From: a virus
Lineage: Duplodnaviria; Caudoviricetes
Strand: one strand, 5' to 3'
IMG/VR virus record: IMGVR_UViG_3300030433_001688
Span: 1 to 55,166 of that record
Length of the DNA: 55,166 nucleotides
Shown: piece after piece, positions 1 to 9,391 of the stretch
Layout: every line of letters starts with the position of its first letter
Numbering within the stretch: position 1 is the stretch's first letter
Translations under genes and position numbers: made by a program
Notes under the pieces: generated by a model
Seen by the model: only the letters and a program-made list of their open reading frames with translations
The model's database searches: none
Told to the model about the DNA's origin: nothing

Positions 1-98
1 ACTCTTACTGTGAGCAAGGCTGGCCACAAGGAGTCCTAGAAACAACGAGAGATATAAGTGTATATCCCAATCCTGTAACAGACATTTTAAATATTAAA
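1..98. repeat. Terminal direct repeat, copy 1 (circular overlap)
   Basis: Bases 1-98 are identical to 55068-55165; only the final base (99 g vs 55166 a) differs. A reading frame runs unbroken across the join. Confidence 0.97.
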
Positions 99-260
99 GC
101 ACCATCAATAGATATGGTATCTTTGTATAACTATTTAGGTCAAGTTGTTATACAGACTTCTGATAAAACAATAGACCTTTCACACCTTTCAAACGGTGTG
201 TATGAGGTCGTTATACAATACAACTCTAGAATTATTAAAAAGAAAATTATTAAATCATGA
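1..260 (+). CDS. 3' end of the junction-spanning secreted protein: T9SS (Por secretion) type A C-terminal sorting domain
   Basis: Frame from base 3 reads SYCEQGWPQGVLETTRDISVYPNPVTDILNIKAPSIDMVSLYNYLGQVVIQTSDKTIDLSHLSNGVYEVVIQYNSRIIKKKIIKS*. It has the YPNP..ILNI, YNxLGQ, IDLSxLxxGVY and terminal KxIK motifs of T9SS CTDs. Continues the ORF starting at 52841. Confidence 0.92.
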   Translation, partial: SYCEQGWPQGVLETTRDISVYPNPVTDILNIKAPSIDMVSLYNYLGQVVIQTSDKTIDLSHLSNGVYEVVIQYNSRIIKKKIIKS

Positions 261-406
261 ACATTAATTGGATCAATAGCTGGAACGCTAACAACAAAAA
301 AGAAAAGTATCATTTAGAGTGGAGATTAGGAACAATCACTATCCTAGAAATACGTTACGCAAAAAAGTTTAGATTTATGGTTTTAAATGTAGGATTTGAA
401 TTGTGA
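257..406 (+). CDS. 49-aa hypothetical protein (not in ORF track)
   Basis: MNINWINSWNANNKKEKYHLEWRLGTITILEIRYAKKFRFMVLNVGFEL*; ATGA overlap with the upstream stop and TGATG overlap with the downstream start. Confidence 0.75.
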   Translation: MNINWINSWNANNKKEKYHLEWRLGTITILEIRYAKKFRFMVLNVGFEL

Positions 407-1503
407 TGTCATCAGACAAACTAAATAACTGCCGTAAGTATAAAAGGTTACAGTTTTTTCTTTACATGGCAATAATGCTTGTCGTGTTTATTCTTGGTGC
501 GTCTTTAGATGCAAAAGGACAAACGTTGAAAAAAACATTTAAGTTTGCAACTTTTTATGCAGCTGTTAGCGGTGGTAATTCTGTGGCTGACGATAATATT
601 TATTCTGTAACAAATGGATTGCAAACCGATGTTGTAGAAACACCTTTTGATTATTCTATGACTTTGGGTGTGAGAAAGATTGCTAGGTTTGGATATGAAA
701 ATAGAGCGAATACTTTTTACAACGGTACTGAAAGATCGTATAGTGATGCAGCAAACATCGGTAAGGTAAAAGGATTTGAGTTTTTGTTTGAAGCTGACTG
801 GCGAAGGCAGCAGGGTAGAAACTTTTTAGATCAAGATTATTTTCTTCGTTACGTTGCAAAAAACTGGATCGCTAAAGCTGAGTATCTACAAGATGGTTTT
901 GCTGATGTCGAATACTTTGAGGGTTCTCAACGTTTACGTTTAAACGTCAATAGTAAGTTTAGTTTTAACGTAGGTATAGCTCAGCGTATATCAGAGCCAT
1001 ACGGTTACAATCCACTAGACGAGTGGGTGCTACCTAACGGTAGCTTGCACTACACAAGTTTAGCTATACAAGAAGGGTATAGTGTTGACGTTCAGTCAGA
1101 AGAGTACTTTACTCCTAACGGAGAACTTATTGCAAATAGTTCTGACGTATGGGAGCAGGTTGTTATTCCTGAAGTTATCGGTGACTACGTAGATCGTAAG
1201 CGTAGTGAGCTGCCTAATCAATGGAATTATTCTCTTGTTCTGGGTTATGACTATTATCACTTTACAAAAGATTACTGGCTGCACTCTTGGGTTAGTGTTA
1301 TGCCATATCATTTAAAGACAGAAGGTGAGTACTCTTACTTTGAAACTACTGATGGAGCTCAATGGATCGATTACGGTGCAGGCCTTATCTTTGGGTGGAG
1401 ATTAAATAAAAGCCTTGGTGTTTTCTTAGAAGGTAAATACAATAAGTATTGGAATAGAGAATGGCATGACTTTACTGTAGGACTTAATTATGTAATAATA
1501 TAA
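406..1503 (+). CDS. Putative outer-membrane beta-barrel protein
   Basis: Hydrophobic signal peptide ending DAKG/Q; aromatic-rich alternating beta strands; C-terminus GAGLIFGWRLNKSLGVFLEGKYNKYW...FTVGLNYVII resembles terminal barrel strands. ATG at 406 preferred over GTG at 403. Confidence 0.7.
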   Translation: MSSDKLNNCRKYKRLQFFLYMAIMLVVFILGASLDAKGQTLKKTFKFATFYAAVSGGNSVADDNIYSVTNGLQTDVVETPFDYSMTLGVRKIARFGYENRANTFYNGTERSYSDAANIGKVKGFEFLFEADWRRQQGRNFLDQDYFLRYVAKNWIAKAEYLQDGFADVEYFEGSQRLRLNVNSKFSFNVGIAQRISEPYGYNPLDEWVLPNGSLHYTSLAIQEGYSVDVQSEEYFTPNGELIANSSDVWEQVVIPEVIGDYVDRKRSELPNQWNYSLVLGYDYYHFTKDYWLHSWVSVMPYHLKTEGEYSYFETTDGAQWIDYGAGLIFGWRLNKSLGVFLEGKYNKYWNREWHDFTVGLNYVII

Positions 1504-1787
1504 TGGCAAAAGAAATTGGAGAGGATACTAAAGTAACACTAGACCTAAAGACAATAGGTATGGGTGCAGCAGGGCTAGCGGCCCTTATCGGGATGTGGTT
1601 TGCTCTTCAAGCAGACATAGCATTAGCTAAAGAACTGCCTGAGCCGTTACCTGCAGAAGTTACTCGTATGGAGTTTGACATGAAAGATCAACTGATCCGT
1701 CAAACTATTATGACTACACAAGAAGATGTGTCAGAACTTAAAGAAGATCTTGACCGCATCGAAGAAAAGATAGATAAATTACAATGA
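1503..1787 (+). CDS. Single-TM membrane protein with C-terminal coiled coil
   Basis: TM segment IGMGAAGLAALIGMWFAL followed by heptads VSELKEDLDRIEEKIDKL; TAATG coupling to the upstream gene. Confidence 0.75.
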   Translation: MAKEIGEDTKVTLDLKTIGMGAAGLAALIGMWFALQADIALAKELPEPLPAEVTRMEFDMKDQLIRQTIMTTQEDVSELKEDLDRIEEKIDKLQ

Positions 1788-1793
1788 TGAAAA

Positions 1794-2162
1794 ATGAAAA
1801 CTGTTCTAGTATCTGTATTATCGCTTCTATCGTTATTAATGGTGGCGCATGTATCTCCTCTGGAGAGTGCCCCAGAAATTAGTAAAGACGGCATATGTGT
1901 TGCAGAGTTTAACGCTTCGTTCAACTCTCAAAACAGTGTGCCATGGATAGAAAAGCTAAACGACTGCACAACAACCCGTGTAGACATTGCCGATGCTCCA
2001 GAGTTACAGGCGGAGCACAAAATCGTCGTGGTCCCTACAATCGTTGTATTCAACAACGGAGAAGAGGTGGACCGTTTCCAAGCAAACATCATGATGACAA
2101 TGGAGGCAAGCAAGAGTGATGTACAAGATGCTATTGATGAAATTATAATGAGCGACTTCTAA
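1794..2162 (+). CDS. Exported thioredoxin-fold protein lacking CxxC
   Basis: Signal peptide; VAEFNASFN where VxFxAxWC is usual; RVDI...L...I.VVPTIVVFNNGEEVDRF matches the thioredoxin C-terminal half with the cis-Pro. Confidence 0.8.
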   Translation: MKTVLVSVLSLLSLLMVAHVSPLESAPEISKDGICVAEFNASFNSQNSVPWIEKLNDCTTTRVDIADAPELQAEHKIVVVPTIVVFNNGEEVDRFQANIMMTMEASKSDVQDAIDEIIMSDF

Positions 2163-2485
2163 TGGCTATAAAAGACAAGTTAAAAAAGCTTGGGCTTAAA
2201 GGAGTTAACAAACCAAAGCTCACAAGAAACCACCCTACTAAAAAGGCTGTGGTTCTTTCTACGATTGGCCCTGGACAAGAGAAGGGTGTTGTCGTACGTT
2301 TTGGTGATCAGAAGATGGGGAACAACTACAGCCCCGAAGCACGAAAAGCTTTCAAAAGTAGACACGCAAAAAATATTAAACGTAAAGGTAGTGCCGCATA
2401 TTGGGCTAACAGATTTTTATGGAAAGCAGGAGGGCACAGTAAGCGTCCACCGAAAGGTCAGAAGAAGACATACGGTAAAAAATAA
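2162..2485 (+). CDS. Basic conserved viral hypothetical protein (DUF5754-like, from recall)
   Basis: Lys/Arg-rich; VRFGD...RKAFKSRH...SAAYWANRFLW motif. Confidence 0.6.
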   Translation: MAIKDKLKKLGLKGVNKPKLTRNHPTKKAVVLSTIGPGQEKGVVVRFGDQKMGNNYSPEARKAFKSRHAKNIKRKGSAAYWANRFLWKAGGHSKRPPKGQKKTYGKK

Positions 2486-2501
2486 GATTTCCTAGATTCC
2501 C

Positions 2502-2509
2502 TATATTTG
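2502..2509 (+). promoter_or_regulatory. TATATTTG (-7 element, Bacteroidota-type) promoter of the head operon
   Basis: Matches TAnnTTTG; intergenic, about 30 nt before ATG 2539; identical copies precede other + strand operons. Confidence 0.75.
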
Positions 2510-2538
2510 CACTATATAAAAGAAGAAATTAAAATAAG

Positions 2539-2901
2539 ATGGCGACATTAACACCGACTTTATCATTTTCAAGTTCAGATACTTCATCAGATACTCTGAG
2601 TTTTTCTGTGACTACTAATTTAACTGTAACAGCCCCCACAGTTGATATTGCTAGAAAAAGTATTGCTACAGGCTCTGCTCAAGCATTGATTGATTCAAAC
2701 AGCGCTTTTTCATATGCATATATAAAAGTTATTTCTGGTGCTAACAGCACGGACTTCTTACAAGTAAAGATTGATGGTAACGTAGTCTTTAAAATTAGAG
2801 TCGGAGAGTTTGCTTTCTTCCCACTGTATAACGCTTTAGCTATTACAGCTGAATCATATGGAGGAGCGACATCTGTAGAATACGGATTCTGGTCTGTTTA
2901 A
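2539..2901 (+). CDS. Putative virion structural protein
   Basis: 120 aa, Ser/Thr-rich beta-type; upstream of the scaffold and capsid genes. Confidence 0.6.
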   Translation: MATLTPTLSFSSSDTSSDTLSFSVTTNLTVTAPTVDIARKSIATGSAQALIDSNSAFSYAYIKVISGANSTDFLQVKIDGNVVFKIRVGEFAFFPLYNALAITAESYGGATSVEYGFWSV

Positions 2902-2914
2902 AAATTAAGAAACT

Positions 2915-3418
2915 ATGGCATACTCACTTATAAAATTAACACCAACAATAGTAGCTGCTGAATTAGCTCTTAATGATGTATTATTTGATTCAACAGAAAT
3001 TGTACTTCCAGCTCACACATGTAAGCTAGTTAGCGCTACAATAGTAGATTATCAAAACAAACTTACAGCTGAAGATGTTGCTCTTATATTTCATCACGAT
3101 AATGCTGGGGGAAGTTTTGGTACTTCAGCTGATGCAGAAAATTTAAGTAGCGCTAACGCTGTATTAAATCAGCCTATTGCTGCTGTTAGATGTAATCACG
3201 AGACAGAAGGTACTGGCACGAATTTTAATATTTTAACTAGCTATAGCATAACTGGGAGTGCTGCACCAGTATCGTCTCCAGTAATTTTATCTAAAGACAA
3301 GTCTGATGACAAACTATTTGTTATGGGTAAAGTTGTTGTTTTAAGTACCGCTGGCACTCTAGATGGAACAAATGCTGATGGAGGCGACTTAGCTGTGTAC
3401 TTGGGTTTCGAGTACTAA
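2915..3418 (+). CDS. Putative virion structural/decoration protein
   Basis: 167 aa, Ala/Thr/Gly-rich; in the head operon. Confidence 0.55.
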   Translation: MAYSLIKLTPTIVAAELALNDVLFDSTEIVLPAHTCKLVSATIVDYQNKLTAEDVALIFHHDNAGGSFGTSADAENLSSANAVLNQPIAAVRCNHETEGTGTNFNILTSYSITGSAAPVSSPVILSKDKSDDKLFVMGKVVVLSTAGTLDGTNADGGDLAVYLGFEY

Positions 3419-3445
3419 AACGTATATAAATAAATTTAATGTAAT

Positions 3446-4528
3446 ATGAATAAAGACTTAGAAGAAGCAATGGCGTCAGCTGGCTTCGCTATTAGCGATG
3501 AGCCACCTACGCAAGAAGCTCCTACGCAGGAGCCACAAGAAACCGAGGTTCAGGCACAACCTGACGCCGAGGTTTCAGCACCTACCCCAGAGCCTCAACC
3601 AGAAGTTCAACAGGTAGAAACACCACAGGCCGAACAGCCTGTGCAACAGGAAGCGAAAGCAGAAGATATAAATGTAGACCAAGAGGTTCTTCAATTCCTA
3701 AGCGAAAGGCTGGGTAAAGACTTCGATAGTTTTGATTCTATTTCTGAAGCTATTTCTTATAAACCCGTAGAAATTGATGAGCGTGTAGCAGCGATCAACA
3801 AGTTCGTCGTAGAAACTGGTAGATCACCAGAGGAGTGGTATAGATACCAATCATTAGATCCATCCGAAATGGATGAGATGTCTTTAGTGCGTTTGCAAGT
3901 TTCCGCTGAAAACCCTAGTCTTACATCTGATGATGTAGCTCTGTTACTTAAAAACAAGTACAAGCTAGACCAGGATTACCACAGTGAAGACGAAATAAAG
4001 TTGTCTAAGCTTCAGCTTAAAATGGATGCGGAAAAAGCTCGTAAATCTATTACAGAATTAAGATCTTCATATGAAGCCCCTGTAGTAGAAACGAGCGACA
4101 TGGATAGTCCTATCGACGAGGATTGGGTTAAGAGCATGTCTGCTAGAACAAATAACTTTGGTTATCTAGAGTTTGATCTACCAGGAAACGAAACGTTTAA
4201 GTTTGGTATTGACGACAACTACAGAAAGCAGCTTGTACAAAAAAACTCAAAGCTTGATGAGTACTTCAACGATTACGTAAGTGATTCTGGAGATTGGAAC
4301 TTTGATAAGCTCAATGCACACAGGGCTCTTGTAGATAACATAGATAGTATCGTATCGTCAATCTATAATCAAGGATTGAGCGATGGGAGAAAAGGTGTTG
4401 TAGCACAAGCAGCTAATGTTGACGCAAGCAGACCAAATGTCAATCAACAACCAGATCAAAGAAATAAACTTGAAGAACAATTATTAAATGCACTTGGAGG
4501 TAGTACTAGCATGACATTTAAAGTATAA
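3446..4528 (+). CDS. Putative capsid scaffolding protein
   Basis: Acidic, E/P/Q-rich disordered N-terminus with helical remainder; directly upstream of the major capsid gene. Confidence 0.65.
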   Translation: MNKDLEEAMASAGFAISDEPPTQEAPTQEPQETEVQAQPDAEVSAPTPEPQPEVQQVETPQAEQPVQQEAKAEDINVDQEVLQFLSERLGKDFDSFDSISEAISYKPVEIDERVAAINKFVVETGRSPEEWYRYQSLDPSEMDEMSLVRLQVSAENPSLTSDDVALLLKNKYKLDQDYHSEDEIKLSKLQLKMDAEKARKSITELRSSYEAPVVETSDMDSPIDEDWVKSMSARTNNFGYLEFDLPGNETFKFGIDDNYRKQLVQKNSKLDEYFNDYVSDSGDWNFDKLNAHRALVDNIDSIVSSIYNQGLSDGRKGVVAQAANVDASRPNVNQQPDQRNKLEEQLLNALGGSTSMTFKV

Positions 4529-4546
4529 CTACAAAAATTGTAAATC

Positions 4547-6040
4547 ATGGCTATTACACAATCTACAGGTACGTTTAGCTCTGCCCCTAAAGGCATCAAT
4601 AACAACCTGTATAATTTAGCAGATCCAACGAAGTATACTTCGTTGTTTGACTTCATTGATGAAGTAAACGCCCCAGACGTACGTGCTAAACTATCGAAGT
4701 CTTTCGGTAATCAAGGCATTTCTGGATTTTTAAAAATGACTGGAGCTATCAAGTCTAATGGTACTGCTGATAATGTTCAGTACTACGAGGAAGCTCGTCT
4801 ACACCAAACGCAAACTGCTACTATCGCTAGTGCTGTTGACAAAGATGGTAGTGCTCAAGCAACTGATCTTTCAGATATCGCTGGAGGATTAATCTTTGAC
4901 GGAGTTGCTACTGCAGATGGAGGATCTTTTACTGATGCTTCTTCTGCTCAAGTTGTTTGTCGTGTAGGAGATATTCTTCTTATCAACGGTGTTGACCGTT
5001 TATTAGTTACTGCTGTTGAAACCAATGGATCAGGCTTTACTACAAAGCCTCTTCTTGGAGCTAACGCTGCTGACGGTGCTGCTGCCCCAACTGTAGCTTT
5101 AGTTGATGAGCAAACATACACGATGCCTATTATCGGTAACATGTTCGCTCAAGGTTCTGATCAACCAGATCGTTTCCTAGAGTCTAACGTTGTTAAGAGA
5201 ACTAATCCTTACGCTATCGTAAAGGAGTCTTTCGAAGTTTCTGGATCACAAGCTACTAACATCGGTTACATCGACGTAGGTGGTGGTGACTTCCGTTACT
5301 ACATCAAGTCTGAAATGGATACTCGTCAGCGTTTTATGGATAAGCGTGAGATGGTAATGCTTCTTGGACAGAAGGTAACTAACATTGATACTTCAAACGG
5401 TATTACTGATATCGACGGTACTGAGGGATACTTCTCAGCATTAGAGGATCGTGGTATGGTAACTTCAGACCTTATCGGTTCTGCTGGTCTTAGTGACCTT
5501 GACGCTCTAATCAAGGAGATGGATAAGAACGGATGTCCTGCTGAATACGCTGTTTACTCAGCTACTCGTCAAGACCTTCTTCTTGACGATATGGTTGCTG
5601 GTGCTGGTGCTGGTGCTAACGTTACTGCAGGTGTTGCTGCAAGCTTTGGAGCTTTCAACAACGACAGAGACATGGCTCTAAACCTTGGGTTTAAGTCTTT
5701 CTCTCGTGGCGGATATACGTTCCACAAGAACAGCTTCAAGCTTCTTAACGATCCAACACTTCTTGGTAATGACGATGTTCACAACAGACTATGTGCTGGT
5801 GTAATGATTCCTCTTGCTAACGTAGTAGATCCACGTTCAGGTGAAAGAGCTCCTGCTCTAGAAATGAACTTCAAGGCTGCTGGCGGTTACAACCGTGAGA
5901 TGGAGCACTGGGTAACTGGTGGTGGCGTTCTTGGTTTCACTAACGATACTCAAGATATCGCTAAGTTCCACTACCGTTCAGAGTGTTGTCTAGTAACAAG
6001 ATCTGCTAACCAGCACGTTCTTATTCAAGGTACTGTTTAA
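4547..6040 (+). CDS. Major capsid protein
   Basis: 497 aa; strongly biased codon usage; motifs YYEEARLH, GTEGYFSALEDRG, LNLGFKSFSRGGYTFHK and HYRSECCL as in Bacteroidota podophage capsids; follows the scaffold gene. Confidence 0.88.
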   Translation: MAITQSTGTFSSAPKGINNNLYNLADPTKYTSLFDFIDEVNAPDVRAKLSKSFGNQGISGFLKMTGAIKSNGTADNVQYYEEARLHQTQTATIASAVDKDGSAQATDLSDIAGGLIFDGVATADGGSFTDASSAQVVCRVGDILLINGVDRLLVTAVETNGSGFTTKPLLGANAADGAAAPTVALVDEQTYTMPIIGNMFAQGSDQPDRFLESNVVKRTNPYAIVKESFEVSGSQATNIGYIDVGGGDFRYYIKSEMDTRQRFMDKREMVMLLGQKVTNIDTSNGITDIDGTEGYFSALEDRGMVTSDLIGSAGLSDLDALIKEMDKNGCPAEYAVYSATRQDLLLDDMVAGAGAGANVTAGVAASFGAFNNDRDMALNLGFKSFSRGGYTFHKNSFKLLNDPTLLGNDDVHNRLCAGVMIPLANVVDPRSGERAPALEMNFKAAGGYNREMEHWVTGGGVLGFTNDTQDIAKFHYRSECCLVTRSANQHVLIQGTV

Positions 6041-6060
6041 TCTTTTAATTACTAGAAAAT

Positions 6061-6825
6061 ATGTCAAAATATATCTATATAAACAATGCAGCTGACGATG
6101 CTGTAACATTACCTTTAAGTGGGTTAAAGTCTATGCGTCACGGAGCTGCTGATACTGTTGAGTTAGAATTTAACGTAGAAGACACAAGCGGAAATACTGT
6201 TGTTGCAATTTCTACTGCAGAAAATAAAGAGAAAGAGTTTATGGAAGACCTTTCTACTATTATTTCAAAAGGTAGAAATGCTATGATTGAATTAAACGAT
6301 GAGGATGAAGTTTACTTCTCTAATAATGTAGGTGCTACAGGCGCTGTTGTTGATTCAATTACACATAACGTAGGTCCTAGATCTAAAGTTCAAAACCTTA
6401 CTGCTGCAACAAAGAGCATTCTTGCTTCTGAGTCTGGAACTTTGTTTAGATTAAATAGAGCTGGCGGTATCGTTGCAACTCTTCCTGTTGCTCAAGTTGG
6501 TTTAACATACGATTTTGTTATTGAAACAACTTTTACAGGAACGTTTAGTTTAGACGGTGCTTCTGCAAATGATATTTTCACTGCAGGATCAACAGTTGTA
6601 ATTTCTGATAAAGATGCTCCAGGAACTGTCTCATTAAAGCAATTCCATGCAGATGGATCTGATGATGATAAGATGGTTATGGATGCTGATGAGAAAGGTA
6701 GATTTTTAGGCGGTACATTTACTTGTACTGGCGTTGCTGCTGGAGGTCAAGGATCAGCTACTGCTGTTTGGCACTTAAACGGTGTTGTTTTTGGCGACGG
6801 CACTTTAGCTACTCCATTCGCTTAA
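6061..6825 (+). CDS. Putative capsid-associated/decoration protein
   Basis: Follows the capsid gene; C-terminal domain (ASESGTLF...TLP...GLTYDF) is similar to that of 42618-43490. Confidence 0.55.
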   Translation: MSKYIYINNAADDAVTLPLSGLKSMRHGAADTVELEFNVEDTSGNTVVAISTAENKEKEFMEDLSTIISKGRNAMIELNDEDEVYFSNNVGATGAVVDSITHNVGPRSKVQNLTAATKSILASESGTLFRLNRAGGIVATLPVAQVGLTYDFVIETTFTGTFSLDGASANDIFTAGSTVVISDKDAPGTVSLKQFHADGSDDDKMVMDADEKGRFLGGTFTCTGVAAGGQGSATAVWHLNGVVFGDGTLATPFA

Positions 6826-6843
6826 TAACATATGCTATCATAA

Positions 6844-6881
6844 GAAAGGGGGAGGGAATGGCTCTCCCCACTTTCCCTTTT
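6844..6881 (+). terminator. Intrinsic terminator-like hairpin after the capsid genes
   Basis: GAAAG-GGGGAGG/TCTCCCC-A-CTTTC stem followed by CCTTTT. Confidence 0.6.
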
Positions 6882-6900
6882 AATTTAATACTATTTAATT

Positions 6901-7755
6901 ATGACACAAGAAAAAACCACGGTACAGCGAGGCCGTCCTATAGCTCGCAAAGAGACTAGCCCTGCTCCAGAGGCAGCGCCAAAGAAAGCTGTAAAAGCTA
7001 AAAAGTCTACAATCAAAAGAACACTTCCTAATGAAGAAAAACTACCTAAGCTGTATGAAACTATCGGAGGTAAGGGCGGTGTGTTTTATAAACTAAGAGC
7101 AAACAGGCTTACTGTATTTGATGAGGAGACAGGACAAAGAAGAGCAATTAGATACTGTCCAGGAGAGCCATCTATTTATGTAGACGAGCAATCAGATCAA
7201 GCTATTAGAGAGCATGTTATTTTTAGAAACAAAATGCTTCTTGTTCGTTACGATCAACCTACACTTAGACAATATTTAGATAAGCACCCAGACAATCATG
7301 CCAATGGTGGTGGGGCATTTAAGCTTATAGATAAAACAGTAGATGTAGAAAAAGAAATAGAAGACGAGTTTTTGGTACACGATGCTATATCACTTATTAA
7401 AGCTAGGCCTATAGAGGAGTTATTACCTGTAGCTATGTCTTTAAAAATCAATACAAATCAAAAAGACTTACAGGTAAAAAGAGCTTTGGTATTATACGCT
7501 AAGAAAAAGCCACAGACCTTTATCGAGATGTTCGACAATCCACTTGTTCACGCACGAACTAGCGTAATGCAAGCTTTGGACTTCCAGATCATATCAGAAA
7601 AAAAGGGAGTAATTGTTTGGTCAGATACAGGAAAACTCGTAGTTTCGGTCCCTGTAGGACAGGATGCAATTGATACCATGACACGCTTTTGTTTAACAGA
7701 CAAGGGCTCATCTGTTCTTAATGAAATAAACAGGCAACTCGAAGAGATTGCTTAA
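6901..7755 (+). CDS. Conserved phage hypothetical protein
   Basis: 284 aa ORF with RAIRYCPGEPSIYVDEQ motif, between the capsid and tail genes. Confidence 0.75.
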   Translation: MTQEKTTVQRGRPIARKETSPAPEAAPKKAVKAKKSTIKRTLPNEEKLPKLYETIGGKGGVFYKLRANRLTVFDEETGQRRAIRYCPGEPSIYVDEQSDQAIREHVIFRNKMLLVRYDQPTLRQYLDKHPDNHANGGGAFKLIDKTVDVEKEIEDEFLVHDAISLIKARPIEELLPVAMSLKINTNQKDLQVKRALVLYAKKKPQTFIEMFDNPLVHARTSVMQALDFQIISEKKGVIVWSDTGKLVVSVPVGQDAIDTMTRFCLTDKGSSVLNEINRQLEEIA

Positions 7756-7783
7756 ATACATTTCATTTCTTCATAGCTAATGG

Positions 7784-7809
7784 GAAAAGGGGGCACTGCT
7801 CCCTTTTTC
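7784..7809 (+). terminator. Intrinsic terminator
   Basis: AAAAGGGGGC-act-GCTCCCTTTT hairpin with T tail. Confidence 0.75.
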
Positions 7810-7810
7810 T

Positions 7811-7818
7811 TATATTTG
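7811..7818 (+). promoter_or_regulatory. TATATTTG promoter of the tail operon
   Basis: Immediately after the terminator, 19 nt before ATG 7838. Confidence 0.75.
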
Positions 7819-7837
7819 CCATACAACTATAAATGTA

Positions 7838-8578
7838 ATGGCAAGCGTAAGAGAGGTATACAACGCATTAAGCGATTTAGCTAACAAAGATGAGCGAGGG
7901 TTTGTTACTCCTACGGAGTTCAACTCTTTTGCTCCTATAGCACAACAGAATATTTTTAACAGGCTGTTTCAAGAGCTTACCAATGTAGAGGCTCTACGTA
8001 AAAGAAACGTAGATCCTGCGAGGGATAAGTCTAGAAGCAAACAGATCAAAGAAGATCTCGCTGTCTTTTCTGTACAGACAAACATTACGAAAGCAAGTGG
8101 GTCGTTTGCTAAGCCTGACGACTTCGCTAGACTAATTAGCCTTAAGACGTTTGGTGATGTTCTTCTTGACGTAACAAACTCTGTTATGATAGACTCAGTA
8201 TACGATGAAGAGAAAATTGACAGAATACTTTTAAGTACCCTCTCTGCCCCTACTAAGTCAAAGCCTGTTGCGCTTGTAAGGGATACAATCACTGTATTCC
8301 CGACAAGCGTAAACAGAATTACTATGCGTTACTACAAGCAACCAGAAGGTTTAGATCCTACAACTGGAGCAAGAACTGTTGCTCTACCGACATTTGGATT
8401 TTTAATTCAAAACGGTAAAGAAGCTTACAACGCATCATCTTCAGTAGACTTTGAGCTACCAGAACACTATACCTCTGAGTTAGTTTTAGAGATGGGTAAA
8501 CTTATAGGAGTAAACCTTCGTGATAGAGATGTATATGCATACGCTACAGGAGGACAACAAACACAACAAAGACGATAA
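7838..8578 (+). CDS. Putative tail tubular/adaptor (ring) protein
   Basis: LANKDERGFVTPTEFN..A..AQ, YYKQP and DFELPE motifs typical of crAss-related/Bacteroidota podophage ring proteins; position in the operon. Confidence 0.65.
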   Translation: MASVREVYNALSDLANKDERGFVTPTEFNSFAPIAQQNIFNRLFQELTNVEALRKRNVDPARDKSRSKQIKEDLAVFSVQTNITKASGSFAKPDDFARLISLKTFGDVLLDVTNSVMIDSVYDEEKIDRILLSTLSAPTKSKPVALVRDTITVFPTSVNRITMRYYKQPEGLDPTTGARTVALPTFGFLIQNGKEAYNASSSVDFELPEHYTSELVLEMGKLIGVNLRDRDVYAYATGGQQTQQRR

Positions 8579-8581
8579 GAG

Positions 8582-9391
8582 ATGGCAAGAAATTTAGTTA
8601 CAGTAGATCAAGTAGTCAATGACTTTGTTCTTACACTAGAGGGTGACGATTACGCAAACAACGCTTCAGATACTCTTATTCACAACTACGCTTTGCGTGG
8701 TATTAGAGAAATGGGTTTTGATTTACTTCAAAGGGTACGCTCTATAAAACTTTCAGCAGGAACTAACAATACTGTTGATTTACCTGACGACTTTGTAAGT
8801 TTAGTAAAGGTAGGTATCGTAGGTAGCGACGGACTTGTACATGTGTTTGGTGAAAACAAAAACATAAACTACTCTCAAGCTTACAGTACTAATGCAGCAG
8901 GCAATCCTATTGATAGCGATGGAGACGGAGTATTTGATAGAGTAGATTCTAAAGGAAGCATAGCTGTTGGTGGTGTATTCGGTGCTGACGACTTCATCGT
9001 GTTTTCTAACTACATATACCAAAACAATATTGGTCAGATCTACGGTTTAGGGGGAGGCTTTTACGAGGGGGAGTATAGGCTCAACCTCGACCAAAACAGA
9101 ATAGAGTTTTCTTCTAACAGTAGTGTTAACGAAATTGTTATAGAATATATTGCTGACGAAGCTAGATCTGTAAACCCTACTGTACATATAGAGGCAGAGG
9201 AAGCTTTACGATCATATATATACTACAAGATTATAGAAAGAAAAAGCAGTGTGCCTATGGCTGAAAAGGCTAGGGCACGCTCAGAGTACTATAACGAGCG
9301 TAGAAAAGCTAACGCTAGACTGAAAGCATTTAGCAAAGAGGAAGCTCTTAAAACTATTCGTAAGAACTTTAAACAAGCACCTAAGTATTAA
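8582..9391 (+). CDS. Putative tail tubular/ring protein
   Basis: LPDDFVSLVKV, IVIEYIAD and AEEALRSYIYY motifs; precedes the large tail protein. Confidence 0.65.
   Translation: MARNLVTVDQVVNDFVLTLEGDDYANNASDTLIHNYALRGIREMGFDLLQRVRSIKLSAGTNNTVDLPDDFVSLVKVGIVGSDGLVHVFGENKNINYSQAYSTNAAGNPIDSDGDGVFDRVDSKGSIAVGGVFGADDFIVFSNYIYQNNIGQIYGLGGGFYEGEYRLNLDQNRIEFSSNSSVNEIVIEYIADEARSVNPTVHIEAEEALRSYIYYKIIERKSSVPMAEKARARSEYYNERRKANARLKAFSKEEALKTIRKNFKQAPKY

Noticed and set aside
1-98. Biological terminal repeat
   Set aside because: It falls mid-gene and its length is typical of an assembler k-mer overlap. It shows circularity or permutation, not the physical end.
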